Made by a program: the position numbers and the translations under genes. The notes under the pieces are model-generated. The model was not told where the DNA came from, searched no databases, and saw only the letters and a program-made list of their open reading frames with translations. Shown here piece by piece: positions 42,430 through 56,019 of a stretch of 64,000 nt of DNA. Position 1 is the stretch's first letter; each line of letters begins with the position of its first letter. The DNA is from Pseudomonadota bacterium (GTDB taxonomy: Bacteria > Pseudomonadota > Gammaproteobacteria > Burkholderiales > JBFMAC01). The stretch is taken from contig JBFMAC010000012.1 of the NCBI GenBank assembly GCA_040756015.1, positions 15,377 to 79,376 of the forward strand, given 5' to 3'.

Positions 42430-43095
42430 TTACGGTATCGGTATCAGAACCGGGATGGGCCGGTTGACGATCTCTTCCTGCGCCCGTTCCGGCACTTCGC
42501 TGATAAGCTCCGCCGGCACGGCATAGGTATGGTTGTTTTCGCCAGTCAGCATTATAAACGTAGTGATGCCCACCAGCCGCCCCGCATCATCGAAAAGTCC
42601 GCCTCCCGAAGAGCCCGGCGATACCTTGGCATCGGTGCGTATCATGGGTGTGCCGTCGTGCGAACTCAGCGAGATGATGGCCCCGCTACTGATATCGCGT
42701 GCAAAACCCGCCGGCGCGGTGACGGTATAAACCGGCTGGCCGATTTTCAAATCCTTGGCACCGACGATTTCCACCGCCGGCAGCCCGAGGTTGGGTGACA
42801 CCAGCAGGCACAGGTCCCGGCGCTGGTCGGCATATTGCAGCTTGGCCGGATAATGTTTTTTGCGTTGGCGCAGGTGGTAAGAATCTCCGCTCTGCACCAC
42901 GTGGCAATTGGTGATGACGCGATCCTCGCTCACCACCACGCCGCTGCCCATGGCAACCAGCATATTGCGCTTGTTGTACACCTCCACCACCACCACGCTG
43001 GGATAAGCGGTTTCAAGGATGGGTTCGGGAATCTGTGCACAGCCGGCCAGCCCCGCCATCAGTGCGGCGATATGGAACAATTTGTTTCGGATCAT
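42430..43095 (-). CDS. trypsin-like (S1C) serine protease lipoprotein
   Basis: Reading from the ATG at 43095 gives MIRNKLFHIAALMAGLAGC (lipobox). The catalytic context is ITNCHVV and SPGSSGGGLFD. The track ORF's 5' extension overlaps glpD and is rejected. Confidence 0.7.
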   Translation of the reverse strand: MIRNKLFHIAALMAGLAGCAQIPEPILETAYPSVVVVEVYNKRNMLVAMGSGVVVSEDRVITNCHVVQSGDSYHLRQRKKHYPAKLQYADQRRDLCLLVSPNLGLPAVEIVGAKDLKIGQPVYTVTAPAGFARDISSGAIISLSSHDGTPMIRTDAKVSPGSSGGGLFDDAGRLVGITTFIMLTGENNHTYAVPAELISEVPERAQEEIVNRPIPVLIPIP

Positions 43096-43099
43096 GCAC

Positions 43100-44587
43100 C
43101 TACCCAATTTTCCTGCGGCGCAGCAGATAGTTTTCCAGCGCCATACGCTGACTATCGTCCATAAACAGCCCTGCTTTAGTGCGTCGCCACAAAATATCCT
43201 CGGCGGTGCGCGCCCATTCGCGCTCGATGAAATAATCCACTTCATGCTGGTAGAGGCCGGCGCCGAAGTCCTGCCCCAAATCCTGCCTGGTTTTGACATG
43301 CCCCAGCACCTCCCGCGCCAGCGCGCCATGGCGCCGCGCCAAGGCACGCAGCCAGTTCTCCGGCAGTTGCGGCCAGTCCGAAACGAGGTCGGCCACCAGG
43401 CTTTCGAAATCGTGCATGATGCCGCCAGGCAGAGGTGCGGTCGCCGTCCATGCGCGCCCCATGCGCGGAAACCACGGCTTGAGCTTGTCCAGCACGTGTT
43501 CGGCGAGGCGGCGGTAGGTAGTGATCTTGCCACCGAACACTGACAGGAGCGGCGCCTCGCGCGCGCCGCCCTCCACTACCAGTTTGTAATCGCGCGTTAC
43601 CCGCGAGGGGTTGACGCTGCCGTCGTCATACAGCGCGCGCACGCCGGAATAGCGCCACACCACGTCTTCGGGCGAGAGTTTGCGCTGGAAATAACGGCTC
43701 ACCGCAGCACACAGGTACACCTCTTCCTCCCGCAAAACATGCACCGCGCCGGGATCGCCGTCAAAAGGCACGTCAGTGGTGCCGACCAGGGTGTAGGCAC
43801 CCCCATAGGGAATCACCATGATGACGCGCCGGTCGTGGTTTTGCAGCAAGTAGGCGCGCTCGCCTTCATACAGTTTGGGCACCATGATGTGGCTGCCCTG
43901 CACCAGGCGCACGCCATGCTGCGACGGCTGCTGAACCACGCCGGCCATCACCTGCTTCACCCAGGGCCCGGCGGCATTGACCAGGGCACGCGCACACACC
44001 ATCATGGTGTCGCCGTTGCTCTCCAGGCGCGCCATCCACTGGTTACCTTGGCGCTGTGCGGAAACGCAGCGGGTATGCGTGCATATCTGGGCGTCGTGTT
44101 TCTCGGCAGCCAACGCATTGGCGATCACCAGCCGCGCATCGTCGACGCGGCAGTCGGAATAGGCAAAGCCCTTGTTCAGCCCGGCCACCAGTCCGTCTCC
44201 CAGCGGGCTGTTGACCAGGTTAACCGCGCGCGAGGGTGGCAGGGTGACGCGCCTGCCGAGATGGTCGTACAGCCACAGCCCGATACGCAGTATCCAGCGC
44301 GGGCGCATGCCCGGCACCCACGGCAATACGAAGGTGAGCGGCGTGACCAGGTGCGGCGCGATTTTCATCAGCACTTCGCGCTCGGCCAGTGCTTCCGCCA
44401 CCAGGCGGAACTGGTAGTGCTCGAGATAACGCAAGCCGCCATGGATCAACTTGGTGCTGGCGGAACTGGTGGCGCAGGCGAGGTCGCCCTGCTCGCACAG
44501 CAGCACCGATAGCCCGCGCCCCGCCGCATCGCGCGCGATACCGGCGCCGTTGATGCCGCCACCGATAATCAGCAGGTCAACTTCCAT
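43100..44587 (-). CDS. glpD: glycerol-3-phosphate dehydrogenase (FAD)
   Basis: The 495-aa ORF contains DLLIIGGGINGAGIARDAAGRG and SSASTKLIHGGLRYLE. Confidence 0.9.
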   Translation of the reverse strand: MEVDLLIIGGGINGAGIARDAAGRGLSVLLCEQGDLACATSSASTKLIHGGLRYLEHYQFRLVAEALAEREVLMKIAPHLVTPLTFVLPWVPGMRPRWILRIGLWLYDHLGRRVTLPPSRAVNLVNSPLGDGLVAGLNKGFAYSDCRVDDARLVIANALAAEKHDAQICTHTRCVSAQRQGNQWMARLESNGDTMMVCARALVNAAGPWVKQVMAGVVQQPSQHGVRLVQGSHIMVPKLYEGERAYLLQNHDRRVIMVIPYGGAYTLVGTTDVPFDGDPGAVHVLREEEVYLCAAVSRYFQRKLSPEDVVWRYSGVRALYDDGSVNPSRVTRDYKLVVEGGAREAPLLSVFGGKITTYRRLAEHVLDKLKPWFPRMGRAWTATAPLPGGIMHDFESLVADLVSDWPQLPENWLRALARRHGALAREVLGHVKTRQDLGQDFGAGLYQHEVDYFIEREWARTAEDILWRRTKAGLFMDDSQRMALENYLLRRRKIG

Positions 44588-44601
44588 GGTTCCCCATCAT
44601 A

Positions 44602-44629
44602 AATAAAAAGGGCAGCCTAAGCTGCCCCC
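44602..44629 (-). terminator. rho-independent terminator of the atp operon
   Basis: The minus strand reads GGGCAGC-TTAG-GCTGCCC followed by TTTTTATTTA. It lies about 25 nt after the atpC stop. Confidence 0.7.
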
Positions 44630-44654
44630 TGGATACGCATAACCGCTATTCCGT

Positions 44655-45080
44655 TCAACGCTTGCCGCGTAGTTTCTTGATCGCTGCGAGTTGCGCCACC
44701 GCTTCGGCCAGCTCGGCCTGTGCCTGCGCCAGTTCCAGCTTGGAGGTTTGGTTACGCACCGCCTCCTCGGCGCGCTGCTTGGCTTCCAGCGCCTTGGCTT
44801 CGTCGAGGTCGTGGCCGCGCATCGCGGTATCTGCCAATACGGTGACCACGCCGGGCTGGACTTCGAGCATGCCGCCCGACACCCAGACCAGCTCTTCTTC
44901 TTCCTGCAGCGGCACTTTCACCCGCACCGCGCCCGGCTTGATGCGCGTCAGCATCGGCGCATGGCGCGGGTAAATGCCGACCTCGCCCATCGCCGCAGGC
45001 GCGACGACAAACTCGGCGGGGCCGGAGTACAGCGACTGTTCGGCGCTGACGATATCCACATGGATGGTGGTCATGGACAT
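44655..45080 (-). CDS. atpC: F1 ATP synthase epsilon subunit
   Basis: The 141-aa ORF begins [15 protein letters not shown]. It is the last gene of the atp operon. Confidence 0.92.
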   Translation of the reverse strand: MSMTTIHVDIVSAEQSLYSGPAEFVVAPAAMGEVGIYPRHAPMLTRIKPGAVRVKVPLQEEEELVWVSGGMLEVQPGVVTVLADTAMRGHDLDEAKALEAKQRAEEAVRNQTSKLELAQAQAELAEAVAQLAAIKKLRGKR

Positions 45081-45083
45081 TCC

Positions 45084-46511
<1,428 letters not shown>

Positions 46512-47375
46512 TTAAACCGCGGCCGCGCCGCTGACAATCTCTGACAATTCTTTGGTGATCGCTGCCTGGCGGGTCTTGTTGTAGACCAGTTTCAATTCGT
46601 CGATCACGTTGGCGGCATTATCGGACGCCGCCTTCATCGCCACCATGCGCGCGCTCTGCTCCGATGCCATGTTTTCCGCCACTGCCTGGTACACCAGCGC
46701 TTCGATATAGCGCACCATGATATCGTCGATCACCGTTTTGGCATCCGGCTCGTAGATATAGTCCCACACACCTTCGGCACCGCCGAGCTGCTCGCCGGAC
46801 AGCGGCAGCAGCTGTTCCATCACTGGCTCCTGCTTCATGGTGTTGATGAAGCGGGTGTAGAAGATGTAGAGCGCGTCGATCTTGCCGGACGAATACTGGT
46901 CCAGCATCACCTTGACCGCGCCGATCAGCTTTTCCAGGTGCGGCGTGTCGCCCAGGCCAGTCACCTGCGAGGCGATCTTCGCGCCCATGCGGTTCATGAA
47001 GCCCAAGCCCTTGTTGCCGATGCAGCACGCCTCCATTTCCACCTTGGTGGCACTCCACTCCCTGGCCTTGTTCACCATCAGGCGCAGCACGTTGGTGTTG
47101 AGGCCGCCGCACAGGCCCTTATCGGAAGTGACCACTATGATGCCGACCTTCTTCACTTCATCGCGCTTGATCAGGAACGGATGGCGATACTCGACGCTGG
47201 CACGGCTCATGTGCGCGGCAACGTTGCGGATCTTCTCGCCGTAGGGACGCGACGCGCGCATGCGATCCTGCGCCTTGCGCATTTTCGATGCCGCCACCAT
47301 TTCCATGGCCTTGGTTATCTTGCGCGTGTTCTGGACGCTCTTGATTTTGCCGCGTATTTCCTTGCCGCTGGCCAT
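46512..47375 (-). CDS. atpG: F1 ATP synthase gamma subunit
   Basis: The 287-aa ORF begins [36 protein letters not shown]. Confidence 0.96.
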   Translation of the reverse strand: MASGKEIRGKIKSVQNTRKITKAMEMVAASKMRKAQDRMRASRPYGEKIRNVAAHMSRASVEYRHPFLIKRDEVKKVGIIVVTSDKGLCGGLNTNVLRLMVNKAREWSATKVEMEACCIGNKGLGFMNRMGAKIASQVTGLGDTPHLEKLIGAVKVMLDQYSSGKIDALYIFYTRFINTMKQEPVMEQLLPLSGEQLGGAEGVWDYIYEPDAKTVIDDIMVRYIEALVYQAVAENMASEQSARMVAMKAASDNAANVIDELKLVYNKTRQAAITKELSEIVSGAAAV

Positions 47376-47377
47376 GT

Positions 47378-48919
47378 TTAGTACACCGCAGTTTTCTTGA
47401 AATCGACGATGGCGTCGTTCAGGGCCTTCTCGGTGTCGCCATCGAGATCCTTGCTCGATTCGATCTTGTCCATGATCGCCGCATGCTTGGTCTTAAGATG
47501 GGCGTGCAGCGCGGATTCGAACGCCAGCGCCTTCTTTACTTCGATGTCGTCGAAATGGCCCTTGTTCACGGCCAGCAGTGTCACCGCCATCTGCGCCACG
47601 CTCAGCGGCGCATACTGCGGCTGCTTCATCAACTCGGTCACCATGCGACCGCGTTCCAGCTGCTTGCGGGTGGCTTCGTCAAGGTCAGAAGCGAACTGGG
47701 CAAACGCCGCCAGTTCGCGGTACTGCGCCAGTGCCAAGCGCACGCCGCCGCCCAGCTTCTTGATCACCTTGGTCTGGGCGGCACCGCCCACGCGGGACAC
47801 CGAGATACCCGCGTTGATCGCGGGACGGATACCAGCATTGAACAAATCGGTTTCCAGGAAGATCTGGCCGTCGGTAATCGAGATTACGTTGGTCGGCACG
47901 AATGCGGACACGTCGCCGGCCTGGGTTTCGATTACCGGCAACGCGGTCAGCGAGCCGGTTTTGCCCTTCACCGCACCATTGGTGTACTTCTCGACATAAT
48001 CGGGGTTCACGCGCGCGGCACGCTCGAGCAAGCGCGAGTGCAGGTAGAACACGTCGCCCGGATACGCTTCGCGGCCCGGCGGGCGGCGCAGCAACAGGGA
48101 AATCTGGCGGTACGCCCAAGCCTGCTTGGTCAAGTCATCATAAACGATCAGCGCATCCTGGCCGCGATCGCGGAAGTATTCACCCATGGTGCAGCCGGAA
48201 TAGGCGGCGATGTACTGCATCGCGGCCGATTCGGAAGCGGAAGCAGCCACCACGATAGTGTAAGCCATGGCGCCGTGCTCTTCCAGCTTGCGCACCACGT
48301 TGGCGATGGTCGAGGCCTTCTGCCCGATCGCCACGTAAATGCAGGTCATGTTCTGACCCTTCTGGTTGATGATCGCGTCCACCGCTACCGCAGTCTTTCC
48401 GGTCTGACGGTCGCCGATGATCAGTTCACGCTGGCCGCGGCCGATCGGCACCATGGAGTCAATGGACTTCAGACCGGTCTGCACCGGCTGTGATACCGAC
48501 TGGCGCGCAATCACGCCGGGAGCGATTTTTTCGATCGGCGCGGTTTCCTTGGCGTTGATCGGGCCCTTGCCGTCGATCGGCTGGCCAAGTGAGTTCACCA
48601 CGCGGCCGATCAACGCCTCGCCCACCGGCACTTCCAGGATGCGGCCGGTGCACTTGACGGTGTCGCCTTCGGAAATGTGCTCGTACTCGCCCAGCACCAC
48701 CGCACCGACCGAATCACGCTCGAGGTTGAGCGCGAGGCCGAAGGTGTTGCCCGGGAATTCCAGCATCTCGCCCTGCATCGCATCGGACAAGCCGTGGATA
48801 CGCACGATACCGTCGGTTACGGAAACAATCGTGCCTTGCGTGCGCAATTCGGCGCCGGTGGCAAGGTTTTCGATCTTGCTTTTAATCAGCTCGCTGATTT
48901 CAGATGGGTTCAACTGCAT
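47378..48919 (-). CDS. atpA: F1 ATP synthase alpha subunit
   Basis: The 513-aa ORF contains [11 protein letters not shown] (Walker A). Confidence 0.98.
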   Translation of the reverse strand: MQLNPSEISELIKSKIENLATGAELRTQGTIVSVTDGIVRIHGLSDAMQGEMLEFPGNTFGLALNLERDSVGAVVLGEYEHISEGDTVKCTGRILEVPVGEALIGRVVNSLGQPIDGKGPINAKETAPIEKIAPGVIARQSVSQPVQTGLKSIDSMVPIGRGQRELIIGDRQTGKTAVAVDAIINQKGQNMTCIYVAIGQKASTIANVVRKLEEHGAMAYTIVVAASASESAAMQYIAAYSGCTMGEYFRDRGQDALIVYDDLTKQAWAYRQISLLLRRPPGREAYPGDVFYLHSRLLERAARVNPDYVEKYTNGAVKGKTGSLTALPVIETQAGDVSAFVPTNVISITDGQIFLETDLFNAGIRPAINAGISVSRVGGAAQTKVIKKLGGGVRLALAQYRELAAFAQFASDLDEATRKQLERGRMVTELMKQPQYAPLSVAQMAVTLLAVNKGHFDDIEVKKALAFESALHAHLKTKHAAIMDKIESSKDLDGDTEKALNDAIVDFKKTAVY

Positions 48920-48940
48920 GATGACTCCTAATCATTAACC

Positions 48941-49477
48941 TTACCGGGTGAGCGCAAACGCCATTTCCTGCAGCTTGCCGCGCACCGATGCGTCGAGCAC
49001 TTCGTCGCCAATTTCGATCTTCACGCCGCCGATCAACGCCTTGTCCACCTGGACCTGGGGGTTGATCTTGCGTTTGTATTTGGCTTCGAGCTTGCCCACC
49101 AATTGTTTGACTTGATCGTCGTTGAGCGGAAATGCTGAAGTGATGTTGGCATCCAACACGCCTTCTGCCTGGGCACGCAATTCGTTGTAAAGCTGCGCGA
49201 TCTGCGGCAGCAGCGTCAGGCGGTCGTTTTGCACCAACACCTTGATCATATTCTTGCCGGCATCGTCCAGCTTGTCGCCGCAGATGCCGAGAAACAACGC
49301 CTCAGCCTGCGCGCCGGTGACATTGGGATCAACGACACGCGCTGCAACACGTTCATCGGCAACAACTGCCGCTGCCAGCGCCAGCATGTCGGACCAGGCC
49401 GCCAGTTGGTTGCGCTGCTTGGCCAAGCGGAAAACGGCTTCCGCATAAGGCCGTGCAATGGTGACTATTTCCGCCAT
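48941..49477 (-). CDS. atpH: F1 ATP synthase delta subunit
   Basis: The 178-aa ORF begins IARPYAEAVFRLA, and its operon position is consistent. Confidence 0.92.
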   Translation of the reverse strand: MAEIVTIARPYAEAVFRLAKQRNQLAAWSDMLALAAAVVADERVAARVVDPNVTGAQAEALFLGICGDKLDDAGKNMIKVLVQNDRLTLLPQIAQLYNELRAQAEGVLDANITSAFPLNDDQVKQLVGKLEAKYKRKINPQVQVDKALIGGVKIEIGDEVLDASVRGKLQEMAFALTR

Positions 49478-49485
49478 GGCGCGCC

Positions 49486-49956
49486 TTACAGATCCGCCTG
49501 CACAGCCGCCAGCAAGTCGGCGTGCGCCTTGGCATCGACTTCGCGACGCAGGATTTTCTCCGCACCGACCACCGCCAGTTGTGCCACCTGCGCACGTAGC
49601 GCTTCCTTGGCACGGAACACTTCCTGGTCGATTTCCGCCTTGGCGCCTGCAACCAGACGCTCGCCTTCGGCCTTGGCCTGGTTCTTGGCTTCCTCAACGA
49701 TTTGTGCGGCACGTTTCTCCGACTGAGAGATGATTTCCGCCGCCTGTCCCTTGGCTTCGCGCAGCAACTCTGCGGCGCGCTTTTCCGCCAGTTCCAGATC
49801 GTGCTTGCCGCGCTCGCCCGCAGCCAAGCCGTCGGCGATCTGCTTCTTGCGCGTGTCCAGCGCACCGATGATCGGCGCCCAGACGAACTTCATGCAGAAC
49901 CAGACGAACAGGGCAAACATGATGGCCTGGGCGAGAAGGGTTGCATTAATGTTCAT
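49486..49956 (-). CDS. atpF: F0 ATP synthase b subunit
   Basis: The 156-aa ORF has an N-terminal TM followed by a long charged helix. Confidence 0.92.
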   Translation of the reverse strand: MNINATLLAQAIMFALFVWFCMKFVWAPIIGALDTRKKQIADGLAAGERGKHDLELAEKRAAELLREAKGQAAEIISQSEKRAAQIVEEAKNQAKAEGERLVAGAKAEIDQEVFRAKEALRAQVAQLAVVGAEKILRREVDAKAHADLLAAVQADL

Positions 49957-50006
49957 GCAAAAACCTTTCCTTGTTAAACGCGATGATCAGCATCTGAGCG
50001 TTTGAA

Positions 50007-51158
<1,152 letters not shown>

Positions 51159-51530
51159 TCACTTGCCGGCCGCCATCAATCTGGCGATGACCAGCATTAC
51201 TTGCCCTAACACGAAACCCGCCAGCACGTAAAGCGGCACCAGCTTCAGCCACCCCATGCCCACGGCGAGCAGTACAACCACAACAAAAAACCGCTCGAAA
51301 CTCGAGCGGTAGAGCGACCATAAATGCCGCTGTGCATCCTGATCGGCCGCGAGGCTGCGATCCAGCATGCGCCAGACCAGCAGGGCGCCGTTAACGACGG
51401 AAATGAAACCTCCCCACAACAGCGCAACAGCCTGCGACGGACTGTCGATGAAATAAACGAGGGCGGCGCTTATCAGCGTGACGGCCGCTTGGATCCCCAC
51501 CTGACGGCAAGGCTTTTGGCTCTCCCCCAT
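51159..51530 (-). CDS. atpI: ATP synthase protein I
   Basis: The 123-aa ORF encodes a small hydrophobic protein immediately upstream of atpB. Confidence 0.75.
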   Translation of the reverse strand: MGESQKPCRQVGIQAAVTLISAALVYFIDSPSQAVALLWGGFISVVNGALLVWRMLDRSLAADQDAQRHLWSLYRSSFERFFVVVVLLAVGMGWLKLVPLYVLAGFVLGQVMLVIARLMAAGK

Positions 51531-51637
51531 CGATTTGCCACCAGAAAAGCTCGCGGATCATAGCAACGTTTTTCCGGGGTGTCAAACCGCCGCGCGCCAC
51601 CACCTTCCACCGCCATGCGCTTGCCTGTGCTCGCGTT

Positions 51638-52492
51638 TCAACCGTGGCGAATATCCAGTTTCTGCAAAATTCCATCGAGCTGATCGAGGTTGGCGTAGTC
51701 GATCACCAGCTTACCGGCGCCTTTCTTGCCGGTCTTGATGGCGACCTGGGTGCCGAGTTTCTGCGCGATTTCCTCCTGCAACGCTAACAGGTCACGATCC
51801 AGCTTACGCCTGGCCTTCTGCGCCGGCGCAGCGAGGAGGTGGTTCACCAGCCGCTCCGTTTCGCGTACCGATAGTCCCTTGTGGATCACGGTATGCGCCA
51901 CTTCCAGCTGCTTGCCGGTGGATAGCGCCAACAGCGCACGCGCATGCCCCATTTCCAGTTCGCCCTTGCCAAGCATGTCCTGTACCGGCTTGGCAAGGCT
52001 CAGCAGGCGCAGCAAATTGCTCACCGCGCTGCGTGAGCGCCCCACCGCTTCCGCTGCGGCCTGGTGGGTCATGCCAAATTCATTGACCAGGCGCTGGATG
52101 CCGTGCGCCTCCTCGAGCGGGTTGAGATCCTCGCGCTGGATGTTTTCGATCAGCGCCATCGCCAACGCCGCCTCGTCCGGCACTTCGCGCACCACCGTTG
52201 GCACTTCGTTCAGCCCGGCCAGACGTGCCGCTCGCCAGCGCCGCTCGCCAGCGATGATCTCATAGCGCCCGCCGTTGACCGGGCGCACCAGGATGGGTTG
52301 CATCACCCCCTGCGCCTTGATCGATTCGGCCAGTTCGGCCAGCGCCACTTCGTCCATGTAGGTGCGCGGCTGATACTTGCCCGGTTGCAGCAGCGCAATG
52401 CCCAACGTTTGCAGCGATTCACCGGCGACGGTCTCCCCGCCGCTCGCCAGCAACGCGTCGAGGCCGCGCCCCAATCCTTTCAGTTTCACCAT
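51638..52492 (-). CDS. parB: chromosome partitioning protein ParB
   Basis: Reading from the ATG at 52492 (after AAAGGAAG) gives [15 protein letters not shown]. The ORF contains [15 protein letters not shown] and an HTH region. Confidence 0.9.
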   Translation of the reverse strand: MVKLKGLGRGLDALLASGGETVAGESLQTLGIALLQPGKYQPRTYMDEVALAELAESIKAQGVMQPILVRPVNGGRYEIIAGERRWRAARLAGLNEVPTVVREVPDEAALAMALIENIQREDLNPLEEAHGIQRLVNEFGMTHQAAAEAVGRSRSAVSNLLRLLSLAKPVQDMLGKGELEMGHARALLALSTGKQLEVAHTVIHKGLSVRETERLVNHLLAAPAQKARRKLDRDLLALQEEIAQKLGTQVAIKTGKKGAGKLVIDYANLDQLDGILQKLDIRHG

Positions 52493-52620
52493 CTCGCTTC
52501 CTTTTATTGGCCGCCCGCCTATGGTTAATGTGGCGAGCGATCTCCCATCACCCCCTCTCCGCAAAGGGCAAGAGGAATTTCATGCGGAAAATGATTGGTC
52601 AGCCATTTTCCGGATTATCC

Positions 52621-53400
52621 CTAAAGCTGCGCCGCATGCGCGGATTTGTTGAGCATTTCCCCGGCCAGTGCCAAATAGGCCAGCGCCCCCTTGGATTGCT
52701 TGTCGAAATTGATCACCGGCACGCCGTAGCTCGGTGCCTCGGCCAGGCGCACGTTGCGCGGGATCACGGTGCGGTAAACCTTGTCGCCGAAATGCTGCTG
52801 CAATTGCTCCGACACCTGTTGTGCCAGCGTATTGCGCGGATCGTACATGGTGCGCAGCAGGCCCTCGATCTCCAAGCCGGGATTGAGATACGCGCGCACC
52901 TTCTTGATGGTATTGACCAAGTCGCTCAGTCCTTCCAGCGCGTAATATTCGCACTGCATCGGGATCATTACCGCCTGCGCCGCAACCAGACCGTTGACGG
53001 TGAGCAGATTGAGCGCGGGCGGACAGTCAATCAGGATAAAGTCATAATCAGCGCCGACTGTGGCCAGCGCCTCTTTGAGGCGCGTCTCGCGGTGCGGCAT
53101 ATCCACCAACTCGACCTCGGCGCCGGCCAGTTCGCGGTTGGCGGGAACGACGTCATATTTGCCCTTGTCGGAACGTATCCGCACCGCGCTGGCCGGCTGC
53201 GCGCCCAACAGTACGTGGTAGACGGTATGTGCCAACTGGTGCTTGTCGATACCGCTGCCCATGGTGGCGTTACCCTGTGGATCAAGATCGACCAGCAGCA
53301 CCCGCCGTTTCGACGCGGCCAGCGAAGCAGCCAAGTTGACGCTGGTGGTGGTTTTGCCCACCCCCCCTTTTTGATTGGTAATGGCTAAAATTTTTGTCAT
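52621..53400 (-). CDS. parA: chromosome partitioning ATPase ParA (Soj)
   Basis: The 259-aa ORF contains ITNQKGGVGKTTTSVNLA and ILIDCPP. Confidence 0.92.
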   Translation of the reverse strand: MTKILAITNQKGGVGKTTTSVNLAASLAASKRRVLLVDLDPQGNATMGSGIDKHQLAHTVYHVLLGAQPASAVRIRSDKGKYDVVPANRELAGAEVELVDMPHRETRLKEALATVGADYDFILIDCPPALNLLTVNGLVAAQAVMIPMQCEYYALEGLSDLVNTIKKVRAYLNPGLEIEGLLRTMYDPRNTLAQQVSEQLQQHFGDKVYRTVIPRNVRLAEAPSYGVPVINFDKQSKGALAYLALAGEMLNKSAHAAQL

Positions 53401-53416
53401 GGTATTTTCGCGGTCA

Positions 53417-54040
53417 TCAATTTAACTTCATCACCACCAGATGCCGCTCGGCATCCAGTTGCGGCACGTCCAGCGCAACCACCTGCTCGACCGTAACCCC
53501 CTCAGGCAGTTGCGCCAGTTCCGCGAGCGGCATCACCCCCTTCATGGCATAGAGCCTGCCCTGCGGCGCACACAGATGCCCTGCCAGCTGCACGAACTTC
53601 ACGATGTCGGCAAATGCGCGCGAAATCACGATCTCGAATTTCTTCTCCGGCCGCCAGCTTTCGACGCGCTCGCACACGACCTGGACGTTGGCCAGCTTCA
53701 GTTCGATCAACACCTGTCGCAGGAAGGCCGCTTTTTTCTGGTTGGCTTCCAGCAGCGTCACCTGCCATTCCGGCTTGACCAGCGCCAGCGGGATGCCCGG
53801 CAACCCGCCGCCGCTGCCTACGTCCACTATCATAGCCCCCTGCAAATATGGCACCACCACTAGAGAATCGAGCAAGTGATGACTCACCATCCGGGCCGGT
53901 TCGCGCACTGCGGTGAGGTTATGCACCTTATTCCACTTGGCCAGCAGCGCCACATAATCCAGCAATTTTTGCTGCGTTTCCGGAGTCAAGGCCAAGCCGA
54001 TGCGGCTGAGCCCGCGCCCTAATTCCTCGGCCAGGTTCAC
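53417..54040 (-). CDS. rsmG: 16S rRNA (guanine527-N7)-methyltransferase
   Basis: The GTG at 54040 overlaps the mnmG TGA (GTGA). The ORF contains [10 protein letters not shown] and [14 protein letters not shown]. Confidence 0.9.
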   Translation of the reverse strand: MNLAEELGRGLSRIGLALTPETQQKLLDYVALLAKWNKVHNLTAVREPARMVSHHLLDSLVVVPYLQGAMIVDVGSGGGLPGIPLALVKPEWQVTLLEANQKKAAFLRQVLIELKLANVQVVCERVESWRPEKKFEIVISRAFADIVKFVQLAGHLCAPQGRLYAMKGVMPLAELAQLPEGVTVEQVVALDVPQLDAERHLVVMKLN

Positions 54041-55932
54041 GCGCTCTTGCGCTCGGCGCCGGCGAAGCCGCGCTTCAAATGTACCAGCAGTAGCGAAATC
54101 ACTGCCGGCGTGATGCCGGAAATCCGCGCGGCCTGCCCCAGGGTTTGTGGCTTGTGCTGGTTGAGCTTTTGCTGCGCCTCGATGGAAAGACCGCGCACCG
54201 TACGGTAATCCAAGTCCAGCGGCAGGCATGTGGCCTCGTGGCTTTGGTGACGGGCGATTTCTTCGCGCTGACGCTCGATGTAGCCGTGATACTTGGTCTG
54301 AATTTCCACCTGCTCGGCAGCCTCGTGGTCAGCCAGCGCCTCGCCCGCCCCAGGCAGTGTCAGCAGCGCGTCATAGCTCACATTGGGACGGCGCAGCAAT
54401 TCGTGCAGGGTGTATTCGCGCTCGATCGCCTGCCCCAGCACACGTTCGCTCTCAACTGCCGGCACCAGCCTGGGATTGACCCAGGTGGTTTTCAGCCGCT
54501 CCATTTCGCGCGCGACGGCCTCGCGCTTCTGCTCGAAACGAGCCCAGCGGGCATCGTCCACAATGCCTAGGCGACGCCCGATCTCGGTCAAGCGCATGTC
54601 GGCATTGTCCTCGCGCAGGGACAGGCGGTATTCGGCGCGGCTGGTGAACATGCGGTAAGGTTCGGCCACCCCGCGCGTGATCAGATCGTCCACCAGCACG
54701 CCCAAATAAGCCTCGTCGCGGCGTGGGCACCAAGCTTCCAGGTCTTGCGCATGACGCCCGGCGTTGACGCCGGCAAGCAAGCCCTGCGCCGCCGCCTCCT
54801 CGTAGCCGGTGGTGCCGTTGATCTGGCCAGCGAAGAACAAACCACCTATCGCCTTGGTTTCCAATGAATTTTTCAGTTCTCGCGGGTCGAAGTAATCATA
54901 TTCGATGGCGTAGCCGGGACGAACGATATGCGCGTTTTCCAGCCCCTTGATCGAGCGCACCAGCGCAAGTTGTACGTCGAAAGGCAGGCTGGTGGAAATC
55001 CCATTCGGGTAAATCTCGTGAGTGGTGAGCCCTTCCGGTTCGAGAAAAATCTGGTGGCTGTCCTTGCTGGCGAAGCGCGTGATCTTGTCTTCAATCGAGG
55101 GACAGTAGCGCGGCCCTACCCCCTTGATCACCCCGGTGAACATGGGCGAGCGATCTAGCCCGGCGCGGATGATGTCGTGGGCGTGGGCGTTGGTATGGGT
55201 GATCCAGCACGGCAACTGGCGCGGGTGCTGGTCGGCGCTGCCCATGAAGGAAAACACTGGCGCCGGGTCGTCGCCCGGTTGCAGCGTCATTACCGAAAAA
55301 TCGATGCTGCGCCCGTCCAGGCGCGGCGGCGTGCCGGTTTTCAGCCGTCCCACGGGCAGCTTCAGTTCGCGCAATCGCTGCGCCAGTGAAATCGAAGGGG
55401 GGTCGCCAGCGCGGCCTGCCTGGTAGTTTTTCAGGCCGACGTGAATGAGGCCGGACAGGAAGGTCCCAGTGGTCAGCACCACGGCACGCGCATAAAACTT
55501 CAACCCGAGCTGGGTAACCACGCCAGCGACCTGCTCGCCTTCCAGCAACAGGTCATCTACCGCCTGCTGGAACAGCCACAGGTTGGGCTGGTTTTCCAGG
55601 CGACGGCGAATGGCTTGGCGGTACAACACGCGGTCAGCCTGCGCGCGGGTGGCGCGCACCGCGGAACCTTTGCTCGAATTAAGGATGCGGAATTGGATGC
55701 CGGCTTCGTCGGTGGCGGCGGCCATCGCCCCGCCCAACGCGTCCACTTCCTTGACTAGATGCCCCTTGCCGATGCCGCCGATGGAAGGATTGCATGACAT
55801 CTGCCCCAAGGTTTCGATGTTGTGGGTCAACAGCAGGGTTTTGCAGCCCATGCGCGCGGTGGCAAGTGCCGCCTCGGTTCCGGCATGGCCGCCGCCTACC
55901 ACGATCACGTCGAATTTGTCCGGGAATTGCAT
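54037..55932 (-). CDS. mnmG: tRNA uridine-5-carboxymethylaminomethyl synthesis enzyme MnmG (GidA)
   Basis: Reading from Met27 gives [22 protein letters not shown]. The ORF is 631 aa. Confidence 0.96.
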   Translation of the reverse strand: MQFPDKFDVIVVGGGHAGTEAALATARMGCKTLLLTHNIETLGQMSCNPSIGGIGKGHLVKEVDALGGAMAAATDEAGIQFRILNSSKGSAVRATRAQADRVLYRQAIRRRLENQPNLWLFQQAVDDLLLEGEQVAGVVTQLGLKFYARAVVLTTGTFLSGLIHVGLKNYQAGRAGDPPSISLAQRLRELKLPVGRLKTGTPPRLDGRSIDFSVMTLQPGDDPAPVFSFMGSADQHPRQLPCWITHTNAHAHDIIRAGLDRSPMFTGVIKGVGPRYCPSIEDKITRFASKDSHQIFLEPEGLTTHEIYPNGISTSLPFDVQLALVRSIKGLENAHIVRPGYAIEYDYFDPRELKNSLETKAIGGLFFAGQINGTTGYEEAAAQGLLAGVNAGRHAQDLEAWCPRRDEAYLGVLVDDLITRGVAEPYRMFTSRAEYRLSLREDNADMRLTEIGRRLGIVDDARWARFEQKREAVAREMERLKTTWVNPRLVPAVESERVLGQAIEREYTLHELLRRPNVSYDALLTLPGAGEALADHEAAEQVEIQTKYHGYIERQREEIARHQSHEATCLPLDLDYRTVRGLSIEAQQKLNQHKPQTLGQAARISGITPAVISLLLVHLKRGFAGAERKSA

Positions 55933-55993
55933 GTCACCGCCCAAGCGCAAGGAAGCGCATTCTACGGCAATTTTGCCTCCGGCGTAAGGCGGA

Positions 55994-56009
55994 TGTTTCA
56001 CGTGAAACA
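55994..56009. other. parS centromere-like site (perfect consensus)
   Basis: TGTTTCACGTGAAACA is an exact 16-bp palindrome identical to the canonical ParB-binding consensus. It lies in the 87-bp mnmE-mnmG spacer. Confidence 0.85.
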
Positions 56010-56019
56010 CCCGGTGCCA

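Noticed and set aside
55933-56019. A gammaproteobacterial-style oriC next to mnmG (gidA).
   Set aside because: The spacer is only 87 bp and contains a parS site but no DnaA boxes or AT-rich repeats.
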